Part shown: positions 26,550 through 40,250 of the stretch, one piece after another
How positions within the stretch are numbered: position 1 is the first letter of the stretch
Layout of the letters: the number at the start of each line of letters is the position of its first letter
Assembly (NCBI RefSeq): GCF_006345805.1
Contig: NC_042997.1
Coordinates: 61,256,001 to 61,320,000 of the forward strand
Direction of reading: 5' to 3'
Origin: Octopus sinensis
Taxonomy: Eukaryota
Length of the DNA stretch: 64,000 nt
The notes under the pieces: generated by a model
What the model was told of the DNA's origin: nothing
The model's database searches: none
Seen by the model: the letters and a program-made list of their open reading frames with translations, nothing else
Made by a program: the position numbers and the translations under genes

Positions 26550-26750
26550 CATTATCATTGTTTAATGTTTGCTTTCGATGCTGGCATGGGTTGGACGATT
26601 TAGCTGAGGACTAGCAAGCCAGAAGGCTGCACCAGGCTCCAATCTGATCTACAGCTGGATGCCCCTCCTAATACTAGTGACTCTGAGAGTGTAGTGGGTG
26701 CTTTATACGTGCTACCGCCACAGGGGCCAGTCGGGCGGCACTGGCATAAC
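26550..26750 (-). mobile_element. SINE family D (3' part with RTE-like tail)
   Basis: Reverse complement of the CAGATCAGATTGGAGCCTGGTGCAGCC...CCCATGCCAGCAT tail seen at 50280-50370. Confidence 0.75.
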
Positions 26751-26982
26751 TTAATGAAATAAAAATTAGGTTGCCTGATTAGGGCAGTTACAGCTGGCCC
26801 CAGTCTGATATAGTGATCTCATGAATGGCTTTGCAACACTGAAATAGATAGATAAATCTTATTTCATCTGAGATATATATAAAAAAAAAAAAATTCCATC
26901 ATTGCATCAATGTTACTTGTCACCATCAACTGATGAAGATAATATTCCATAGTTCTTGTAGTAACATACACTAATGTATAGG

Positions 26983-27137
26983 CAGGGCTGTCTAACAGCA
27001 CTATAGGCCTCTAGGCAAAGCAGTGTCCTGGAGCTCCAATAAACACAACTATAACATACATTGATTTGCACTGGGTTCCTAAACCTGTTGGGCCCCTAGG
27101 CAAGTGCCCAATGCATTCATACTTTAAAACAGTACTG
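26983..27137. mobile_element. hAT-type MITE
   Basis: Ends CAGGGCTGTCT / AAACAGTACTG; perfect 8 bp TSD TGTATAGG on both sides. Confidence 0.85.
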
Positions 27138-30100
27138 TGTATAGGTTACAAAACATTATGAAAGTGACTTAAAGCATTCAGATTACTTTGGGTTTTGAAA
27201 TATCCTGATTATGAACCGAAAATTCAAAGTTAGATGTAAATAACACCGAAATATTTATGACATATAAATGCTCAGAGTAAGGAATTCATGGGTGAGATAT
27301 GATATTCACATCAAACAACAAACTCTTGGTGTTGTTTAATGTTAACGTTTCATTTTGTATATTTCATTTGTTAGAGCCTAAATACTTTATACCTATTCAT
27401 TCTGTGTCATTAAGTGGCTTTCATCACTTTTTTGTAGTCATATGTACTAGTAGGCTTGCTTGCTACATTCTGCTGAGGAAAGATAGAATCGATTTGCTTC
27501 TGGCTGATCTGAAAATAGCATATGAAGAGGCCCAGAAAATTTGCAGTGTATAGATCTATGCATGCAGTTTGTTAGATGTCACTCTTGGATGATTATTGGC
27601 AGAGTGAAATGTCACCTTTCAGTGCATGAATTAACAGCCCAGTGATGCAACATGCATTGTGTAGTTACTATGTTTTGTATATTTAGAAATTTATACCCCA
27701 CTGACTGGGGTACACTGAAATGCAAGTAATGTAGTGAGCAGAGATGGAAATTGCATGGCTTTTCACTTAGTATATAGAATATATGATAATGTTTCATGCA
27801 TTTAAGTTCTTATTGATAAATTTTGCAGCATTTTGATGCATCATTATTTCTGTATTGCAGAGATTGTGTTAGTTGTTTTAAATTACTATTGTATCTCTTT
27901 TTAATTTAAATAATCCTCTTTGTAGTAATCTTTTGTGGGAGGAAAAAAAAGAAAAAAAAAAAAGAAACAAATAAATAACAGAACTGTTACAGGGAGAATT
28001 TAATCAAGGAGAAAAATAAAATCCATTGGTGGATTTTATATTAAATGGAGAGGAAGGTGTAGACTTTCCATTTAAATTACATATGAAGAAGCATATTCTC
28101 TATTCTTATTTAATTTACAAAGAAAGATTACAATTTCCTGTTAAATTAACAAGTTCTCAGCACTTTGTCATAGCTTGTTAGAAGCCATAATGTCAGCAGT
28201 CAAGATAGATGTAGATAACATAACTTGATAATTGTGTAGTACATTATAAAGATGTGTTAACTTGTTGTCAGAATCGGTAAATCAGCAGACAAAATGTATT
28301 ACAGCATCAGTTTGCATTGCATCCATATATTTGGGATTAGCAGAGTTGCTAGAGCATCAGAGTATAATACTTTGCGGAATATTTTTTGGTTCTTTACATT
28401 CTGAGTTTGTATCCCGTCAAAATCAGAAAAAAGCTGAGGTCACCTTTGCCTTTCATTTTTTCAGAGTTATTGGAATCAACTACCCAAGCCTCAAAATTGC
28501 TGGCTTGTGCCTAAATCAGAAATCATTATTATTATGATTAAAAATGGCAGATTGTCACAACTTTTATAGAGTATTGGACAATATACCTTGCAATACAAGT
28601 ACATGCAACCAGTACAAGAACATGATACCAGTACAAGAACAAGAGTGTGTATGTGTGTGTGTATACACACACACACACATACTATGTGATAGCTACTTTT
28701 AGTTTGAAAATCTCTATATGAGATGGAAGTAGTAACTATAGTTACTAATTTTATCTCTTATAGAGATTTTCTAACTAGCTACTTTGCTTGTTGCAAGATC
28801 AGTGACTGACTGTCACTTATTTTTCTGTATATTGCAAGCTGGAGAGAACTACTGCCATCCCTAGCGGATGGGTGTCCACCACTGAGGACCAGCCTAGTCT
28901 GGTGGTCCTGTCATGTTGCTAGAAGATGGTGGGGGTTCACTTCCCTGCTTACAATATATGTCAGGTGCAGATTGCGTCATCAGAGATGGCATCTTCTTGG
29001 GGTTAAAAATAGTAGAATAGTAGTGATGTCAGTTCCTATGGAACAACCATGTTGAAGTGGCAACAAACTTTACTTTTAGTTCCTGTTGACCAAATCAACT
29101 CACAAGGCTTTGCTTGGCCTGGGGAGCTATAGCAAGGTGTCCAAAGTGTCAGTCAGTGACATTGAAACTGAGACATCGTTGGGAAGCAAGCTTCTTAAAC
29201 ACTTAGCCATGCCTGTGCCTATTATGACTTGTAATATTTAGTTATGTCTATTCACATTCTCAACGCAAACCTTACTGGAATTGAACTTTTAGAGAATATG
29301 CATGTATGGTTCTGACTCCATTGAAGCACTATTTGATTCCTTTTGGCTCAGATTACAGTCTTTTGTTTGTTAGATATGCATGGTCTCTTAAGGGATCATA
29401 TTCATTCACTAAATTGTTTCAGTAAAAAGTGAAAGCTATTTCTTTTATAGAATTAAGCATCATCTGTTGTAGTGTATATATGCTATCATTTTCATGTTTG
29501 TTAAACCTTTAGTCGGTTGTTATTAACATGTGATATATTTATAGCTGTTATTTTTTGAAACTTTAGCTGTGATTCCATTTTCTTTGTCTTTCTGTTTCAA
29601 TATGACAATACACTGAATTTGAACTCTCAAAAGGAAAATATCTATTTCGAAATTATCGATAAAATATTTTTGAACATCATCTAATCTTTTTACAAATAAT
29701 CCTTTATCAGAATGTATTATTTTCTAGTGATGCTGATCAGCTTAAATTTCCCTTCAGAGACCTAGCAGAATTTCAAATAAACATTTTTCTTTTTAACGTT
29801 TTATATGGATTATGGGCAGTGCTCATAGTACTTGCTGGCCTTCCTAGATTAGTGAGATCAGTAACATTGGCATTTAACTTGAACATTCAAATATTGTTGT
29901 TCGGCCCTAGGTTATCTCCTTTCAAGCAGACCTATGATCAAAAAGCATTTCAGCTATGTCCACTCCACTTGTTTTCTTTTCAGACTTAGTGCTTTCCCTT
30001 ATCTGTGAGGCTAGAGTATGAAATCTCTGGATATCTACCAATCTATGAAGAACTACTATAAAGGACTACTTGGATTTTCCTCTCTTTTATCTGTGATATT

Positions 30101-30999
30101 AGAGTATAAACTTTCAGGATATCTACCTTCAGGATACGAAGAACTGCTCTGAACTTTCACTTACCTGCTTTTCCTGTTTCTCTACTTTGTTCTATTTATA
30201 CTCAGTTCTGTATAACTATTTTATAAATGCTTTGATGCTGTTAACAACTGCCTGTCCATCTTTTATTTTGTTATAGTCTCCTAGGACTGCATTATCATAC
30301 TATTCAGTCATCAGATTTAACTTCTATCGTAACAAAGAAAGAAAGAATTAAAAAAAAAGACTAGGATTGGAAAATGTTCTCTAAAGCTGCAGTTGTTAGA
30401 ATGAAGGATTGGTTGAAATGTTTATTACAGAGTTTGGGAAGATACTGTAAGAGGAATAGTAACTTAAATAGAAGTGGTTTATAAGCTTACTAATTCAGAA
30501 AAACAAGAACTGTTGTAATAGTAATTTTAAATTTAGACACAAGGTCAGAAATCTTGATGTGGAAGAATTAGTCAATTACATTGAAGTCAGTATTTGACTG
30601 ATACAACTGATACTTTATTTTATCAATCTTGGCGGGATGAGAAACAAAGGTGACCTATGACCTTGGTGGGATTTGAATTCAGAATGTAAAGAACCATAAC
30701 TAAATACTGCTAATCAATTTGTTTCACACTAACAATTTTGCCAATCTACCATCATTATAAAATCGTTTCCAATATAGGAAACACTGCTGCAAGTGTTACT
30801 GGCCATTCTCTGTGGCAACACTATCACAATAACAGTTCACGGCTGAATTTGCCATTTGTTTTGGGGTGTACCCTCTCCCCCCCCCCATTTTCTGCTGCTT
30901 AATCCCTCCTTTTGTTTGCTTTTTTTGTGTTTCCTTGTAATTGAATTGTGATTCAATCGTGATGTAAATAAAACTAGTTTTATTTTACAAATTGATTTC

Positions 31000-31230
31000 A
31001 CTTCTCCTGAGAAGTCACTTACAAATACTAGGAATAGAACTAGTTCAGGGATTGATCCTTATGTCATTCCACTTCTCACATTAATCCACCTTGACCTCCT
31101 TTTATTTACTAAATATACATATTATATATTGGTTAGTTGAAAGACATGGTTTTCTCTTATAGATTTGAAACCACCTTAGTTTGAATAAAAAATGTTGAAT
31201 GCTAAGCCATAGTCCACAAACATCATTATT
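31000..31230 (-). mobile_element. Decayed CR1/L2-like RT fragment
   Basis: Minus translation gives FVDYGLAFN and WINVRSGMT*GSI, resembling the D..KAFD and SGVPQGS motifs. Confidence 0.45.
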
Positions 31231-32112
31231 GGTAGCATAGCTAGTGGAGGGTAATGAAGATGGTCTATCCCACACAAAACTATTAGTCAAGGAAGCACTT
31301 TTGGGCCTGCTGTATAAACCTGTGTAAGAGCTGGTGGGGTGGAGTCAGTACAAGGGCAGTCCAGTACACTCTATAAAGTGATTGGCATTAGGAAGGGCAT
31401 TCAGTCATAGAAACCATCCCAAAACAGACAAGTGGAGTGCGAGCAACTCTCCAGCTGACAAACTCCTATTGAACCATTCATCCCATGCTACCATGGAGAA
31501 TGGATATTAAATGATGATGATGATAATGTCCCAGGCAGCATACACTCTGGCTTTGTAACTGATCATCATTATGACACATGTAAGAAAAATGAAATTGAAA
31601 TATAAAAGAATTTTAGAATGATGTGATACTAACAGTGAAAATCAGAAATAGCAAAATAAATGCTTTATTTGATGAGGAATTAACAGAGTGTGAGTTGTTT
31701 GATGAGCAATATTTATTTAAAAAATACACGTATAAAGATATCAGCTGTTGTGTCACTGATTGATACCCTATTTTCTATGCTGCAAAAAACTGAATGATTA
31801 TCTTGAGGCAATGCTCTGCAGTCAGATGTCTTTCCAGTTGCATAAAATTTTATATGCCTCTTACAACATGGAGGGATATGGAATATCCATCTTAAAATTG
31901 AGAAGTACATGGAAAAAGACACAGGGGAGGGGACAAATAGACTAAGTACTAGAATAAGAGCTAGATGTTGGTGAGTGACATAGACTATCTGAATGAAGGT
32001 GGTAAATGAAAAAGGTTGTATATTGAGTTAACAAAAAAAAACAAAAAAACTTGGAACAAAGTAATTGGATCTAATAAATTAAGCCTGGTGATCATCATCA
32101 TCATCATCATCA

Positions 32113-32900
32113 GGTGGCATGCTGGCAGAATTGTTAGCATGCTGGGCAAAATGCTTAGCGTCATTTTGTATTGAGGTCAACTTTACCTTTCATCCTTTTT
32201 GGGGTTGGTAAAATAAGTATTAGTTGAAAACTGGAGTTATGTAATTGACTTATCCCATCCCTGAAATTGCTGGCCTTGTACCAAAATTTGAAGCCATTAT
32301 TATTATCGTTATTCCACCAAAGTCGACTTTAAGTTGGCGAGCTGGCAGAACCATTAGCATGCTGGACAAAATTTCTTGGTAGCATTTTATGCAGCTTTAC
32401 TTTCTGAGTTCAAATTCTGCCAAGGTTAACTTTACATTTCCTCTTTCCAGGGTTGATAAAAAAGTATCAGTTAAGGAGTGGGGTTGATATAATCAACCAG
32501 CACCTTCCTCATAGAATTTCAGGCCTTGTGCTTATTATATTATTTTTATGTTTCATCTTTGTTAATCTCAGACACTTAGGTGTTAAATGGTCGGATATTT
32601 CAGTTATGGAGCAGTTAGCAACAAGCTGACAATGGTCTCTTACTGCTTCCTCTCCGTGCCTTACATAGACAAGAATTTCCATAAAATTTTTGCTGTAAAT
32701 ATTATTATTATTATCAAGGCAGTGAGCAGGTAGAATTGTTAGTACAACATTATGGTCTGAGTTCAAATTCTGCTGAGGTCGACTTAGCCTTTCATTCTTT
32801 TGGGGTCGATAATTTAAGTACCAGTGAAATTCTGGGATTGATGTAATCAACTAGTCCCCTCCCCTGAAATTCCAGGCCTTGTGCCTATAATAGAAAGGAG
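32113..32900 (+). mobile_element. Three tandem family A SINEs
   Basis: Three head-to-tail copies (about 32113, 32330, 32715) separated by (CAT)n/(ATT)n stretches. Confidence 0.8.
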
Positions 32901-35206
32901 TATTGTTATTATTATTATCATTATTATTATTATTATTATTATAATAATGGTGGTGTTGTTAGTGGTGATGGCAGTGAAAAGGAGGAAGAGATGGAAGAGG
33001 CTGTATATATCATTTATAATATCTTATACATTTACAAGAAAACTCTCCTCCACATCTAGCACAGAATAAGTATACATAAAAGATTAGGTTAATAGCTATA
33101 AAAATGTTTTATTACTTCAGTAAAAACCTATCTCAGGAATCCGTATATATGTATACGAGTGTGTGTGTGTGCAAGTTTTTTTTGTTTGCTTTCTCCTTGA
33201 AAAGTGTCTTAATAATATTAGTACATGAATGTGTTCTTAATTATTCTAAATATCTTTCTAATAGTTTTAGGCGTTGATAAAACTATATGGCTTAGATATT
33301 CACTTTGCAGTCACATAATACCAGGTGTGATTCCATTGTGTAACACCTTGACTAATTGTCTTTTACTATAGTCTCACGTTGACCAATACCATTTGAATGG
33401 AATTTACTTGATGAGATCTATGCAAAACCTTGTGTATGTGTGTGTTTATGTATGTATATATGTCTTGGGTATGATATTAATCTGCATCCTATGGTAAGGT
33501 TTCAGTTTGGGAATTCCAGAGTTGTGAGGGGCATGGAATCGCCCCTTAATTATCATTACTTCCTGGTTCTTGCCTGGAACAATGTTACCTGTCAGAGCAC
33601 CAACTATGATTTAAATAGATTTCCCAAGGGTTAGGAGGCTCCTGTTATCTTTTCCTAAAGCCATGAGAAAGGCAGTTCTTCTAGGAGAAAAGTACACAGC
33701 TATAAAATTTTCAGTCATCTTGCAATGCTTGTCACTGGAACCTATTATGGTGACCAAGAGGGTGACAAAAGTCTTGTACAAGCTTTCCTCCCTTAATTTC
33801 AATGATGTACAAACATCTCATTATCATTTCATTTCTTGATCCGTCTTGCATTTTATGAAGTCCTATGGCAATGGATTGTGGCATGAAAAGTCATATCTGC
33901 CTGCAAGCATGGATGAAAGCAAATCAGGACAATCAGGCTGAATGTGAGCCAGCTATCATCTGACAAAGTGAGGCAATCATCATATACTTAGAGGGTGATT
34001 CAAATGGTCTTTTAGTATTTTAATTTTATCTCACATTTAAATGCTATGGGGACTTCTGAATCAATTTGTCTATACATTTGTGTGTGTGTGTTTTGCAAAC
34101 TCGTATGTCAGATGGCATCCTTCTATTCTAAAAATGTAAGTTAGGAATCTGCTGTATGCTATTGAAGTAGTATTTAATTAAAATAGCCATCTCTGTATCA
34201 CATTCAATGTATACACTCTGTTGATGGACCAGTTATTGCAGTAATAGTCCTGAAATAACATTTCTTATGGGAATATTGTGTTAAAAACACAATAAGTATC
34301 AGAGACAGATGAAAATTCATCTCAGGTGTTGCCAGTAAGTGTGCCAGATGTATTTTAATCTTTTTGGGCCTTTCCATTTGTATATATTCACAGCCAGTCA
34401 TGTGCTTGGATAAGAATTCATCATCTTTGATGTTGGAAAAAATATAACATTCACTGATGTTGCAAATAGATAACTTGGGACAAATTGTTGTCTCTCTCTC
34501 TTTGATACTTATTGTGTTTTTAACACAGCAAGCTCATCAAAGATATTATCTCTGAACAAATATTGCAGTAACAGTTCTATCAACAGTGTGTATACATTAA
34601 GTATGATACATAGATGGTTATTGTAACTTCAGAATTAGATTGAGATAATAAAGATTCAGTATGACATTAAGTATAAAAGACTAAGTATGAAACTATGTGT
34701 TGGGCTAGATACAACAAAAAGCAAAAGGAAAAAATAAACTTGAACATGGTGCTCCAGAATGGTCATAGTCCAATGAGTAAAGTAGAAAGATAAAGAAAAG
34801 GAGCATAATGCACTAAATTACTAGAATTTCTTTTTAGTTAATAGCCCTACTAAAAGATAGACACTAGAGTTTACTCAGATGGTAAACACCTGGATGTACA
34901 GAATCCATTACATAATATAAAGCACTAAGCTACGATCAATAAAATATGTAGTAATATACTGAAGGTGTATCAAATGACTGAGTTTGTTGCCTATCTAAAG
35001 AGAATCATTACTGTAATTCTTAATTATATCAGCTACAATCAATAAATCCAAATGTTTGTTTAGTGTTGTTTTCCTCCCAAATGAATATTGCTAATCGCAT
35101 TTATTTCCAATTCAATATTTGTTTATTAGTATTATTTTGTTGTGTTGATTAACAGGATATTCAAAATTCCTACCCTTATACTATAAATGTGTGTGTTCTA
35201 GCCATA

Positions 35207-35254
<48 letters not shown>

Positions 35255-35700
35255 CATAAGCATGGCTATCTGGCCAAGAAGTTGCTTTACAGCCACGGTT
35301 TTGGGTTCAGTCCTACAATGTGAAACCTTGGACAAGTGTCGTCTACTATAACCCTGGGCTAACTGATGCCTTGTAAATGAATTTGGTTGATGAAACAATG
35401 TGGAAACCCATTGTGTATGTGTGTACATATGTATATATATATATACATATGCACACACACACATCATCATTTAATGTCTTCCTTTCATGCTGGCATGGGT
35501 TGGATGGTTTGACAAGAGCTGTCCATGTGTTTCAACTGCACAAAACTTCCACTATTTCATTAATTAAAATTTTTTAGATTACTACACTAATTATGACAGT
35601 GCCCACTTTACTAATTGCTTTTTTTTTAATGCAGCGTCATCCCTCACTATTTTTCTTAATTATTCCTTTAAATTATAACACCACTCATAATTCATTCATA

Positions 35701-35702
<2 letters not shown>

Positions 35703-35793
<91 letters not shown>
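35703..35793. repeat. Pure (TA)n microsatellite
   Basis: About 45 uninterrupted TA units. Confidence 0.97.
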
Positions 35794-35798
<5 letters not shown>

Positions 35799-37205
35799 TT
35801 TAAAATCTGGTAGTAATGTTTAGGCTGCTTCACCCAACGAAGTTTAATAAGGCTAAAAATATGTCCATATTGTCTCCCTACTTCTAAAAATCAAACTCAC
35901 TTCTCACTGCATTCTAATTTTAATTAATTTTAATCAATTCTGGAGCTGTCTCCTCTCCTCTTCTTAACTGAAGCTACTAGTTAATCCAAAATCTTGGTTT
36001 ACTACAAGTAGTATCCAGTCATTTTATTACTTAGTGCTGTTTGCTTTACTTGCTGTTTTATCCTACCTTGGAGTTGCATTTCCACCATAGCATGAAGCTC
36101 TTCTTGCATCACTCCTACATTTTCAGTAACTTCAATTGGGGTAATATTCTTAGAATTTTTCAAAGTTACTAGATTTCCATTTACTTAAGTATTCGTTGAA
36201 CTCCTTGCGACTTAGAGTTTCACAGGCTTCTTACCTAGCTCATTTAGGCTCAGATTATCAAATTTTTAATCTGAACCTGAATGAGCTAGGTTTCTGAAAG
36301 AGACCTGTGGAACTTTAAGTTTCATGGAGCTGTTTCCATGTGTTTTAAATATTAATATATATGTATAGTATAAATATATAATATGTATGGATAGTATAAA
36401 TATATAATATGTATGGATAGTATAAATATATAATATAAATATTTAATATATATATACATCAGTATGGAGCAAATAATTCACTAGAGAAAATAATACACGA
36501 AAAAATAATTTGCAAAGATATTAACTCTATTATTATCTACGTCCTTTGATTATTTATAATATATATATAATATGTATATATGTATAATATAAATAAATAA
36601 TATATATCATATATATATATATATATATATATAGCAAATGAAAAACAGAAGATGGAATATACAAGAATTTATTATTAATCACTTAATCATGAAAATTGTT
36701 TTGATGGGTCTAGCATTGATTCCTCTTGGGTGGGACTCTCAACAACTGGTTCAGGAGCATCTGGTGGTGCAGATGTATCTCGTTGGATGATAAATAAATA
36801 AAAACAGCTCGTTAAAATGATAGCTCCACAATGTAACTTTCCATTTTGTAGAGAGAAAAACAGTTAGACGGAGGAAAAATCTTCATATATATATAGAAGA
36901 TCAAAAATAAAATTGCAGATGACAAAAAGAGAAACGAACATGTAATCCAGCAAGAAAAATATTGAAAATAACTGTTAACAGATATGGATGTATAAACGCT
37001 CTTGGGCAAGCTGCATGGCATGAGTACACGTGCTCATACAAACATCAGTAAAAATGTGAGCATACACAAACGCGAGGTTTGGTGCACTCATGATCACAAA
37101 CCGAGTTAGTTATTTACTTGGTGTTTAGAAGAATGGGGAGGTTAAAAGTAAATTTAAATCATCCAAACCTTAATGTAAATTAAATTACATTAAGTTAATG
37201 GTCAC

Positions 37206-37655
37206 TCAAAATTCATTCTCACCGCATTGTGCGAAAGTACATTTATATGCATGCAGACATCTTGACAGTCGTTCAGAAATTCTATTAATTATCTTCTCGT
37301 TAGTCCACAGAATAGACAGGGATTCCTCGGAGCAGAGATGGCATCTCCTGGAAATTACATTGTATGGTTTTGCATGTCTAACTATGGACCAATTAATGTT
37401 GTACTTCAATTTGCCCTCCTTCTGTAGCCATATAAAATCTACCAAAGATGTTGAATGTCTTTTATTGATTGACTTAAAGCTGGCATCATGGTTATGATAA
37501 TGATTCTTAAATGAATCAGCTGTCTGCCTAATGTAAACACAGGGCCCTCCCCTTGTGTGCAGGGTACATTTATATACAAGATTTGTACTCATACAGAGAT
37601 TCATCAAAGGATATTTTGATGTATCTCTGCATGAATATTTATTGTATTTATTTGT
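37206..37655 (-). pseudogene. Penelope-type GIY-YIG endonuclease domain relic
   Basis: LVYKCTL...VYIRQT...FKNHYHNHDASF...STSLVDFIW...INWSIVRHAKPYNVISRRCHLCSEE...SRCLHAYK matches the typical PLE endonuclease layout. Confidence 0.9.
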
Positions 37656-38966
37656 ATACTAGCTGTTGTACCTAGTAATTCCTGGGGGTAAAGATGTTCT
37701 ATTTAAATGCCTTATTACTCCGATATAAAAAAGCAATTTTGTTATAACTGCCATGAAAGGTGTATTTTCCACCGTGAAAAGGTACAAAAAACAGTCAACT
37801 GGAGGAGGGTGAGATTGTCGGAGGTTGGCGAGAGAGACTGTTGGAGGTTAGTAAGAGAGATTGTTAGAGGTTGTCAAGATACATTGTCGGAGATTGTCAA
37901 AAGAAGTTTTCTGAGGTTGTTGGAGGTTGGCGAGAGAGGTTGTCAGCGAGAGCGGCATCTTTGTTCTAAAATTTCAGTCTTGAAGGGCTTCGAGATACAC
38001 AATGTTTTATAGTTTTGCTGTTGGGTGCATAGATGAATAAATTTTCCAGATTTCCAACTCTAGAGCATCCAGCATAGAGCTGTCCTTGAGAAAAAAACAG
38101 GATTGGGACACACTTATTAAATACATTCTGGAATAAAAAATTTATCTACTGTCATCAATAAAGTTTAACTGGAAAAATGCAGAATTATCGGACATTCAAA
38201 GTGTAATCAAATTTAATTGAAAACCCTGCAAGCAATTCCAGCAGGGTTGTTTGGGGATGTTGAAAAAATGTCTATTAATGGTCTAAATTAATTACAGCAA
38301 TATGTATTTAACTGTTTAGATATTGAAGTAGAATAGATGAAGAATAATTGTTTGATTTAGTAAATATCAAACATAATGAATCAGAGACTTACTTGAGATC
38401 GCTGTTGTCACATCAGAGCAGCTTCTGAAGTAGAAGTACCCACTTGTACTCTTAGTTATCATGGTATTTTAAAGCTTAACTTTATCAAGGCTAATTTATT
38501 AAAGCTAATATATAAATGTAGTATATATGAGTGCAAAAAAGTATGTATGTATAGAAATGTATGAATGAAGTCTTTAAGGTTTAAGATTCAAATCAAGAAA
38601 GTGCAATAATGTTTAGCAGTTCAAAACTGTGAGTAGTGAAATGCAGAATTAGGTCCCCTGATTGTGAGAATAAAATATTGATCACTTCGCTAAAAATTGA
38701 CAATTGTAAATGCAGGTGCTATGGGTTATTTCCCTTGGATGTTAGAATAAAATATATTAGTTATATGTAGTAGATATAAGGATCCCTACCAGGAGCCCTA
38801 TTATCGATTTCTTTCAACAGTCTAAATATGTCATGAGGTTTCCAGACATGAGTTCTACACACGTGTCAAGTTTCATCAAAATCGATAAAATGATGTAGGA
38901 GGATTTAGCTAACAATTCCACAAACAAACACACCCACAGACAGAATTTCCCACATATGTAGTAGAT
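37656..38966 (+). mobile_element. DINE-1/HINE-like (Helentron-associated) non-autonomous element
   Basis: Starts ATACTAGC, ends ...TTTCATCAAAATCG...ACAAACAAACACACCCACAGACAG...GTAGTAGAT. Inserted between two T with no TSD; internal tandem repeat at 37800-37960. Removing it restores the Penelope frame. Confidence 0.65.
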
Positions 38967-40250
38967 TAGGCAGTCCTGACTCCATTTACCAGTGTTGTTA
39001 CCATGCTAGCTGTACCATGAGTATTTCTACTACTACAAATTGGTTGAAGTTGATGTTTAACAATGTGGTTTACATGTCCTTGGTTGGTATGTAGATGCAA
39101 ATGTTTGCTAGATCTAGTAGGTGGGTTATTGAACCTTTGCTACATTTTACTGTTGTTTATGCGGTGCATAAGCTGCTCTAAATTAGTAGAGTTGGTGTAG
39201 GATACCTTCAAGGTGTGTCGATTAAAAATAGCATGATGCTCATTAAATTTAAGAAAACACTTGTCCAAATCAACAAAAAATTTTCCAGCGATCCTGGTTG
39301 AAGCATGCAAACTGAAAATTGAGTTGAACCAGAGGTCATCCTAATTCCTATATCTGTTGTCAGGTTTATTTAATTGATTGTGTTGTACAGGATTGGAACA
39401 AGCAGTTGAATTACTATGTCGCATGTGTATATGAGTTTCCGTTGGTAGTTCATTAACATGACCAATTCTTTCTTGCCTGTATTCTTTATCCGAGTGATTT
39501 CTCAAACGATAATGTTATGGTGGTATATGATGTGCATTGCAGTTGTAGGAATTACTAGTGTTGCTTCTTGTATATATTGAATTTTATCACAGTACCCAGT
39601 TCTAGCTAGAGCATCATTATAATAAGATGCATGAAATTCGAAAATTTTACTGTTAGCAGATAATCTAGAGATTCTGGTAGAAATATTCTTAACTAATCCC
39701 CATATAATCGAGGGTTGGATGCTCCATTAATGTACTTAATATGATCATTTGGCTTATGAAATGGTTCAAATAATTCAGTATCAAGACAGAAGATAGCATC
39801 AAGAAAATTCACTCTATGATAATCTTTACCTATAGTAATGTTTAGTCCTAAATTTTTTAAATGTCTAAAGAAATTTTTCCTATGTCTTTCTAACAGTACT
39901 TTACTACTTCTGTCTAGAAAAAATAAGGCATCATCCCTATATAGACCCCCTGTTACTTCCGGAAAGGAAGACTGGATTAATGAAAGGATATCTATTCCAA
40001 CTAGGTCACTAGCCTGAGCAGAATCATGTGAGCCCATTGCTACGTCAAATACATTTTCCCTATCTAATCTACTCCATAATGTACCATCAAAATCTACTAG
40101 CATAGATCACACGGCAAGTATAATATCTATTTCGCATCGGGGACAAATCGAAATTTTTCGTGCTAAAAATCAGGGCTTGATTAAGATATTGAGCTAATGC
40201 TACTATGTCATTGTAATATATGAAGAACTAATTAACTAGTTAACTGTCCT
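38967..40250 (-). pseudogene. Penelope-type reverse transcriptase relic
   Basis: FDVAMGSHDSAQASDLVG, GLYRDDAL, VNFLDAIF, PFHKPND motifs (ORF 39693-40103); continues with frameshifts on both sides. Confidence 0.92.

Larger units (their letters stand above)
36650..40250 (-). mobile_element. Penelope-like retroelement, 5' truncated, interrupted by an insertion at 37656-38966
   Basis: RT core, thumb/linker (WFNSIFS...IFNRHTLKVSY), GIY-YIG endonuclease and 3' non-coding region, all in the expected order on the minus strand. Confidence 0.92.

Noticed and set aside
30270-30325. Minus-strand CTGATGA followed by a hairpin and GAGAC
   Set aside because: No GAAA, no stem I, no NUH triplet; too degenerate to call a hammerhead.
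36365-36440. 26 bp unit repeated about three times
   Set aside because: Ordinary slippage duplication in TA-rich DNA.
38393-38424. 32 nt minus-strand exon-like segment with strong splice sites
   Set aside because: Lies inside the DINE/HINE-like insertion and has no support beyond splice-site match.
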